Source: Ruminococcus sp. | GTDB taxonomy: Bacteria > Bacillota > Clostridia > Oscillospirales > Acutalibacteraceae | Assembly (NCBI GenBank): GCA_051880975.1 | Contig: JBJEOZ010000239.1 | Span: forward strand, 33 to 64,032 | Length of the DNA: 64,000 nucleotides | Reading direction: 5' to 3' | Notes under the pieces: generated by a model | Database searches by the model: none | Seen by the model: the letters and a program-made list of their open reading frames with translations, nothing else | What the model was told of the DNA's origin: nothing | Shown here: in pieces, positions 61,266-64,000 of the stretch | How the letters are laid out: every line of letters starts with the position of its first letter | Numbering within the stretch: the first letter of the stretch is position 1 | Translations under genes and position numbers: made by a program

Positions 61266-61793
61266 CTATTCTGCAAAATATACATAGTCATCTTTTCGTG
61301 GAGCAGGAGGAGAAACCTCACCGTCAGGATAACCCAAAACACAATGACCTATCCCCTCGTAATCACCCTCAATACCAAGAGATTTAAGGATTTCTCTGCC
61401 CTCATCAGTCATAAATTCTTCCTTTGCTCGGTGAATCCAACAGCTTCCGACACCCAAATCTTCTGCCGCCAACATAAGGTTAGCCATTACAAGAGTACCG
61501 TCATACAGGTAAGTTGGCATTTCCTTGTTAGCCAAAACAATCAGGCAAACGGGAGCATTATAGAATGGGTCAAAATCCTCACCCTTGCCCATTATCCTTG
61601 CATTCATTTTGGAAAGACTGTCACGGAGCTCCTTGTTTGTTACAGCAATAATTATTGGAGATTGCTTACCTCTGCCTGTTGGAGCATAGGTACCTGCCTG
61701 TACAATTTTTTCGATAATATCCTTTGGAACCATATCCGATTTGAATTTCCTCACACTTCTGCGGGAAAGAATTGTTTTTAAAGTTTCAGCCAT
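61266..61793 (-). CDS. nitroreductase family protein
   Basis: RRSVRKF, APTG, NLMLAAEDLGVGSCW, LGY. Confidence 0.9.
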   Translation of the reverse strand: MAETLKTILSRRSVRKFKSDMVPKDIIEKIVQAGTYAPTGRGKQSPIIIAVTNKELRDSLSKMNARIMGKGEDFDPFYNAPVCLIVLANKEMPTYLYDGTLVMANLMLAAEDLGVGSCWIHRAKEEFMTDEGREILKSLGIEGDYEGIGHCVLGYPDGEVSPPAPRKDDYVYFAE

Positions 61794-61825
61794 CAAAACT
61801 CCTCCTTAATTTATGGAAATGCCTG

Positions 61826-62437
61826 TTAATATTCCCTGTTTCTCTTTGAAAAAACACATCCGCAATAGTTCTGTCTGTACAGATTATGCTCTTTGGAAAG
61901 CACAATACTCCGCTTGTAGCCTTCTTTTTTCTTAAAATCCGAGGGTAAATATTTTGATTTACACTCTATTTTTTCCCCAATACTGTTGATAATCTCTGCA
62001 TTCTTTAATGGACTTAGGGTGAGTGTGGTTGCAAAGTAGTCAAAACCCTCTTTCTCTGCAACCGATGCTGTGTAATTTAGACGGAGAGAAAAGCATTTTG
62101 AACATCTTTTTCCCCTTTCCGGTTCATTTTCAAAACCCTTTGCCACATTATAAAATTCCTGTGGGTTGTATTCTCCGTCAATAAACGAAACAGGATATTT
62201 TGTTTTCATCTCGCTGATAAGCCTTTTCAGCTCGTCACGACGGTAGGAATATTCCTCCCTTTCCCCTATGTTAGGGTTAAAAAACAGCATTGTTAGTCGG
62301 AAATAGTTGCTTAAATATTCAATTACATAGCCACTGCAAGGGGCACAACAGGCGTGTAGCAGTAATGTAGGAACAATACTTTGCTCCTCGTTATATGAAA
62401 TTAGGGAGTCAAGCTCCCTTTGATAATTCCTTTTCAT
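61826..62437 (-). CDS. queH: epoxyqueuosine reductase (DUF208)
   Basis: HACCAPCS, FNPNI, RC.KCF..RL, YRQNYCGC. Confidence 0.9.
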   Translation of the reverse strand: MKRNYQRELDSLISYNEEQSIVPTLLLHACCAPCSGYVIEYLSNYFRLTMLFFNPNIGEREEYSYRRDELKRLISEMKTKYPVSFIDGEYNPQEFYNVAKGFENEPERGKRCSKCFSLRLNYTASVAEKEGFDYFATTLTLSPLKNAEIINSIGEKIECKSKYLPSDFKKKEGYKRSIVLSKEHNLYRQNYCGCVFSKRNREY

Positions 62438-63084
62438 AGTCCAAACTTCTCAAGCAACTGTAACGGAGTGTCAATCACCTTGTCGGCACCGGCATTTTCG
62501 AGTTCTTCTCTGCCCCTAAAGCCCCAGCTTACACCACAGCATTTCACCCCGGCATTTTGGGCGGTAAAGCAATCAACATCACTGTCACCAACATAAATAC
62601 ACTCATCTCTACTAACACCTGAAAGGCTGAGGATTGCGTTAAGTGCGTCCGGACTTGGCTTGATTTTATACTCAGGCTTTTTGCCCCAAGCATAGGTAAA
62701 ATTGTGGTTAGGGAAAATCTTTTTCAAAATTTTTGCCACAAATTCATCAGGCTTATTTGATAAAACAGCTGTGGCAATACCCCTTTTTGATAATTCAAGT
62801 AGCAACTCCTCTGTTCCCCGGTAGGCAGAGGTTTTATCAGTAGAATGTTCCTTGTAGTACTCGTCAAAGCCGTTTTTTACAATTTCAAAGGCTTTTTCGT
62901 CCTCAACCGGTTTCATTGCCCTTTTAACAAGGTTGACAATTCCACTGCCAACCATTTGCTTGTACTTTTCAACAGGATGTGTGGGCAAGCCTGCCTTTTC
63001 TAAGCCAAAATTTGTTGCGTCAGCCAAATCGTCAATGGTGTTTGCCAGTGTTCCGTCTAAGTCAAATATAACAATCTTGTACAT
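62434..63084 (-). CDS. HAD family hydrolase (phosphoglycolate phosphatase-like)
   Basis: FDLDGTL, SNK, KPSP, VGDS..D. Confidence 0.9.
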   Translation of the reverse strand: MYKIVIFDLDGTLANTIDDLADATNFGLEKAGLPTHPVEKYKQMVGSGIVNLVKRAMKPVEDEKAFEIVKNGFDEYYKEHSTDKTSAYRGTEELLLELSKRGIATAVLSNKPDEFVAKILKKIFPNHNFTYAWGKKPEYKIKPSPDALNAILSLSGVSRDECIYVGDSDVDCFTAQNAGVKCCGVSWGFRGREELENAGADKVIDTPLQLLEKFGL

Positions 63085-63684
63085 CTATATCCCCTTTTCT
63101 TGTTCCAAAAGCACCGCTCTGCAAGGCGATGCCTCAACAGCCTCAATTTTTAATGGAAAGGCACATATCTCATAATCTCCGTCCTCTATTTTACTGAGAT
63201 TTAAACATTCTAATATTGGAATCCCATTTTCCAGTAATAGCTTATGGGTTTTGTTGTTGTCAAAATCCGAGCCGATGGTATTTGCGTCTGTACCCACCAA
63301 TTTTACATTGTGGTCAACAAGTATTTCAACAGCTGTTGTTGTCAGGAAAGCCTTTCCGTTGCCCTTGAACAAAACTCTCTTGTGGCAGTATGGCAAAATT
63401 TCGTCCATATCCTGCCCTGTTAGGTCACCCTCAACGGAAACAACAGTGCATTTTCCATAAAAATTCCTAAGTCTTAGCTTGTTAACGGGAGTTCCGTTGT
63501 CAATAAAGTGTAGCGGGGCGTCAATGTGAGTTCCCGTATGGGGGCAAAGCGTGATTTCGCTTAAATTGTAATCGTCACCATTCGGAATACTTTTTATCAC
63601 CCTTGCTGAGGGTTCAGGGTCACCGGGATAGACCTGACTTGAAAAAATCCCATTTGAAATATCGTGTAAAATCATATTTTCCAC
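63085..63684 (-). CDS. cyclase / kynurenine formamidase family metal hydrolase
   Basis: HTGTHIDAP.HF, VGTD, H..LL, ILE.L, ASPCRA. Confidence 0.88.
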   Translation of the reverse strand: MENMILHDISNGIFSSQVYPGDPEPSARVIKSIPNGDDYNLSEITLCPHTGTHIDAPLHFIDNGTPVNKLRLRNFYGKCTVVSVEGDLTGQDMDEILPYCHKRVLFKGNGKAFLTTTAVEILVDHNVKLVGTDANTIGSDFDNNKTHKLLLENGIPILECLNLSKIEDGDYEICAFPLKIEAVEASPCRAVLLEQEKGI

Positions 63685-63805
63685 CTTCTATTATATAATT
63701 ATACACGAAAGATTTTATAAGTCAAAGCAAAAGGAACAGAAATATAGAAAATAGGCCCTGCAAAAGCAGGACCTATCAAAGTATCAATTCAAGCTAACTT
63801 ACTGA

Positions 63806-64000
63806 TTATGTAAGGCTTTCAGGAAAAGTATATTCAGTTGTTGTTTCCTCAACACTTGTAGATGTTGTTACACCGCCATATACAAATGCCTGTACAAGCT
63901 CGTGACCCTTACTGTCCTTTTCCTCTGTTGGATAGTAAGCGTTGTTTGTGTCGTCAAGTGTGATATCTACTGTCTGTGATGCTTTGCTGTTTGATGTAAA
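63806..64000 (-). CDS. 3' end of a gene truncated by the window edge (possibly a CBM26-like module plus Thr-rich tail)
   Basis: open frame FTSNSKASQTVDITLDDTNNAYYP...TTTEYTFPESLT*; terminator-like hairpin follows at about 63751-63776. Confidence 0.55.
   Translation of the reverse strand, partial: FTSNSKASQTVDITLDDTNNAYYPTEEKDSKGHELVQAFVYGGVTTSTSVEETTTEYTFPESLT

Noticed and set aside
843-63460. Many antisense or nested ORFs of 60-230 aa in the ORF track
   Set aside because: They overlap well-supported genes, lack RBSs and motifs, and are explained by codon bias of highly expressed genes.

Overview
A 64-kb, mostly housekeeping segment of a low-GC Bacillota chromosome. It reads like a Ruminococcus-type Oscillospiraceae (inferred from protein style, not from a search). 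Core content, in order: shikimate/aromatic operon (aroE-K-F-tyrA-aroB-A-C-pheA), phosphohexomutase, rpoB-rpoC-rpsL-rpsG-fusA-tuf, cysteine desulfurase-thiI-sortase, spoVAC, nrdD-nrdG divergent from polA, LMW phosphatase-rimI-tsaD, pyrC-E-F, serC-serA, murT-gatD, a stand-alone capsule phosphoregulatory cassette (PHP phosphatase, LCP, Wzz/CpsC, CpsD), and nitroreductase, queH, HAD and cyclase genes. Accessory content: an XRE-membrane-DUF4097 fusion, a BspA LRR surface protein, Lys-rich secreted proteins, and an ArsR-led redox/permease operon with one frameshifted gene. There is no CRISPR array, rRNA, tRNA, integrase or transposase. The most notable non-coding signals are a convergent antisense promoter plus terminator over the rpoB promoter, several NrdR boxes between nrdD and polA, two copies of a REPIN-like element, and a hairpin MITE with a decayed relic between rpoC and rpsL. 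No single novel system can be established from sequence alone; candidates are scored below.
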